Part shown: in pieces, positions 62,201-64,000 of the stretch
Numbering within the stretch: the first letter of the stretch is position 1
Layout: each line of letters opens with the position of its first letter
The notes under the pieces: generated by a model
Databases searched by the model: none
What the model saw: the letters and a program-made list of their open reading frames with translations, nothing else
Told to the model about the DNA's origin: nothing
Made by a program: the position numbers and the translations under genes
Assembly: GCF_964213995.1 (NCBI RefSeq)
Contig: NC_135801.1
Location: 11,222,001 to 11,286,000 of the forward strand
From: Mustelus asterias
Taxonomy: Eukaryota
Direction of reading: 5' to 3'
Length of the DNA stretch: 64,000 bases

Positions 62201-63405
62201 GGACCCAGGTTCAATCCTGGCCTTGGTGACTGTGTGGGTTTGCACGTTCTCCCCGTGTCTGCGTGGGTTTCCTCCGGATGCTCTGGTTTCCTCCCACACT
62301 CCAAAGATGTGCAGGTTAGGTGAATTGGCCATGCTAAATTGGCCCTTAGTGTTCCAAGATGTATTGGTTAGATTTTTATTAGTGTCACAAGTAAGCTTAC
62401 ATTCATAGTGAAATGAAGTTACTGCGAAAATCCCCCGGTCGCCACAATCCAGTGCCTGTTCAGGTACACTGAGGGAGAATTTAGCATGGCCAGTGCACCT
62501 AACCAGCACGTCTTTCGGACTGTGGGAGGAAACCAGAGCACCCAGAGGAAACCCATGCAGACACAGGGAGAATGTGCAGACTCTACACAGACAGTGACCC
62601 AAGCCAGGAATCGAACCCGGTTCTCTGGCACTGTGAGGCAGCAATGTTAACCACTGTGCTACCATACCGCCCAAGCCATGGGAAATGTGTGGGGTTATGG
62701 GGATAGGGCAGGAGAGAGAGCCTGGGTAAGATATTCTGTGAGAGAGTGGATGCAGGCTCAATGGGCCGAATGGCCTCTTATTGATTCTATGATTCCAAGC
62801 AATGGAGTACCACCTTCCTCAGTAAGTAACTTAAGAATCTCATGTGTGAGGTTTGAGTTCCATCCAGCCCTGGAGAAAAACACAATGGATGGACTAACCT
62901 TTAGTTACCGCTCGCGGATTAGAAAAAAGTTAGATCTTCAATCTGCTGCCTTGGGACAAATAGATAACTAATGTTTGAGCAATGTTTACAGCCAATGGGC
63001 TATATTTTCTGACTGCACTGCTTCCCGTACAATATTTGACATTCTCATTCTGGATATCTCTGAGAATCGAGAATAAATTAGAATATAGAAAATGGCAGCT
63101 GAGAAAAGATAGAATCAGTTAAAGTGACAAAGGTCCATCACTAGATTCTGACAATGTTATACCATGTGCTAATTAGCAATAATAAAACGATCCTAGACCG
63201 CTGACACTTCAGTACCAAAGGCTTTCCTTGTGATCCAATGTAACATGTCCTTAAGATATTGTCTTCTCCTCCAGGATGGGTTTGTTTACACCTTTGGAGC
63301 TGGGAGTTACGGGCAACTTGGACACAACTCCACAATGGATGAGATCAAGCCTCATCTGGTCGGCTACCTGTTTGGAAATAAAGTTTCTCAGATAGCGTGT
63401 GGGAG
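53102..63405 (+). CDS. Gene 2 (3'-partial, spliced, 6 exons visible): small HERC paralogue, HERC7- or HERC5-like, RCC1-like domain
   Basis: Exons 53102-53282,56324-56480,58171-58247,60186-60407,61920-62011,63275-63405 join in frame. MLHWG start resembles the HERC MLCWG start. Exon sizes 77/222/92/131 parallel gene 1 (74/222/92/128). Confidence 0.87.
53655..53740 (+). promoter_or_regulatory. Intron-1 ISRE/IRF cluster
   Basis: AGTTTCGTTTCC (53655) and ACTTTCAGTTTCATTTC (53724). Confidence 0.6.
54096..54750. mobile_element. Tail-to-tail inverted HE1 pair (54096-54393 +, 54477-54750 -)
   Basis: HE1 pattern matches. Confidence 0.85.
54921..55255 (+). mobile_element. CR1 LINE 3' fragment
   Basis: VVGAWNSLPGEVVEA. 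Confidence 0.8.
56324..56480 (+). CDS. Gene 2 exon 2 (degenerate RCC1 blade)
   Basis: ttttcctgcag|GQFIHFKKQKIYFADSGMSHILFLSTTGSLF...EP|gtaagt; phases 1 and 2 fit neighbours. Confidence 0.8.
56778..57227 (+). mobile_element. CR1 LINE fragment nested in a Penelope-like remnant (about 56705-57630)
   Basis: Closely similar to the 34926 copy; host arms cagaaaatgctggaaa and its inverse near 57560-57600. Confidence 0.75.
58171..58247 (+). CDS. Gene 2 exon 3
   Basis: LLKGLSTRNIIQVACGNNHSLALSK|gtatg. Confidence 0.92.
60186..60407 (+). CDS. Gene 2 exon 4
   Basis: DGEIFAWGQNTYGQLGLG...[31 protein letters not shown]|gtaag. Confidence 0.95.
60643..60940 (+). mobile_element. HE1-type SINE (tail B)
   Basis: HE1 pattern match. 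Confidence 0.85.
61003..61040 (-). ncRNA. Hammerhead ribozyme motif, second Penelope-like family
   Basis: Minus strand reads GTC-CTGAAGA-G-GAGTT-ATATTG-GACTC-GAAA-CG-TT-AA. Confidence 0.5.
61920..62011 (+). CDS. Gene 2 exon 5
   Basis: DRYEPNHVKLLECKKTIHISCGEEHTAVLTK|gt. Confidence 0.93.
62155..62795. mobile_element. HE1 (-, 62372-62672) nested in HE1 (+)
   Basis: Host tail resumes at about 62678. Confidence 0.85.
63275..63405 (+). CDS. Gene 2 exon 6
   Basis: DGFVYTFGAGSYGQLGHNSTMDEIKP...KVSQIACG|gtgag. Confidence 0.94.
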
Positions 63406-64000
63406 GTGAGCTTGTCAGACGTCAGCAAATCAAAATGTAGCTATATCTCTTTCACTCTGTTTTATGTGTGAACCAGAAAGATTTAAATTTATGTAACTCT
63501 TTAGTTCCTGCACATTGATGGCTCTTTGCTGTGTGAGTCTGTTCAACCAGTTTATTATCTGTAGAATTCAGTGACATTTTTAGACGGCTGAGATCTAAAA
63601 GGTTCTTATTTCCCACTTGGAAATAAATAATGGGCAAAATCTTGTCTGTGTGGAGTCTGTACGTTCTCCCCATGTCTGCGTGGGTTTCCTCCAGGCGCTC
63701 TGGTTTCCTCCCACAGTGCGAAAGACATGCCGGTTAGGTGCATTGGACATGTTAAATTCTCCCTAAGTGTATCCAAACAGGCGCCGGAGTGTGGCAACTA
63801 GGGAGATTTTCACAGTAACTTCACTGCAGTGTTAATGTAAACTTACTTGTGACACTAATAAATCAGAAGGACATATTTTACACAGAGGGTGGTGGGGGCC
63901 TGGAATGCGCTGCCGGGCAAGGTGATTGAGGCGGACACACTGGGAACGTTTAAGACTTATCTAGATAGCCACATGAACGGAGTGGGAATGGAGGGATACA

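Noticed and set aside
1-64000. CRISPR arrays, rRNA genes or prokaryotic operons
   Set aside because: None seen; the sequence is vertebrate intron-exon DNA.

Overview
Eukaryotic, repeat-rich genomic DNA, almost certainly from a shark or other elasmobranch (dense HE1-type tRNA SINEs, HER1/CR1 LINEs, DeuSINEs, Penelope fragments). It holds two tandem + strand small-HERC genes (RCC1-like domain plus HECT E3 ligase). Gene 1 is HERC5/6-like: 21 GT-AG exons from 1176 to the stop at 46495 join into one open frame of about 896 codons, and its first two exons lie upstream of the window. Gene 2 is a paralogue (HERC7- or HERC5-like) starting at ATG 53102; six exons are visible and it runs off the window end. 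Gene 2 has a compact interferon/NF-kB-type promoter and further ISRE-like sites in intron 1. Nearly all ORFs in the supplied track are repeat-derived. Notable non-genic structure: minimal hammerhead-ribozyme motifs in palindromic Penelope-like elements; an 85-bp Ig-C1/MHC-II-like coding fragment captured inside an intronic SINE; and locally templated insertions with microhomology and short flanking duplications, including a ~470-bp inverted duplication. Repeat boundaries were read by eye and are approximate. Family assignments rest on recalled sequences, not database searches.
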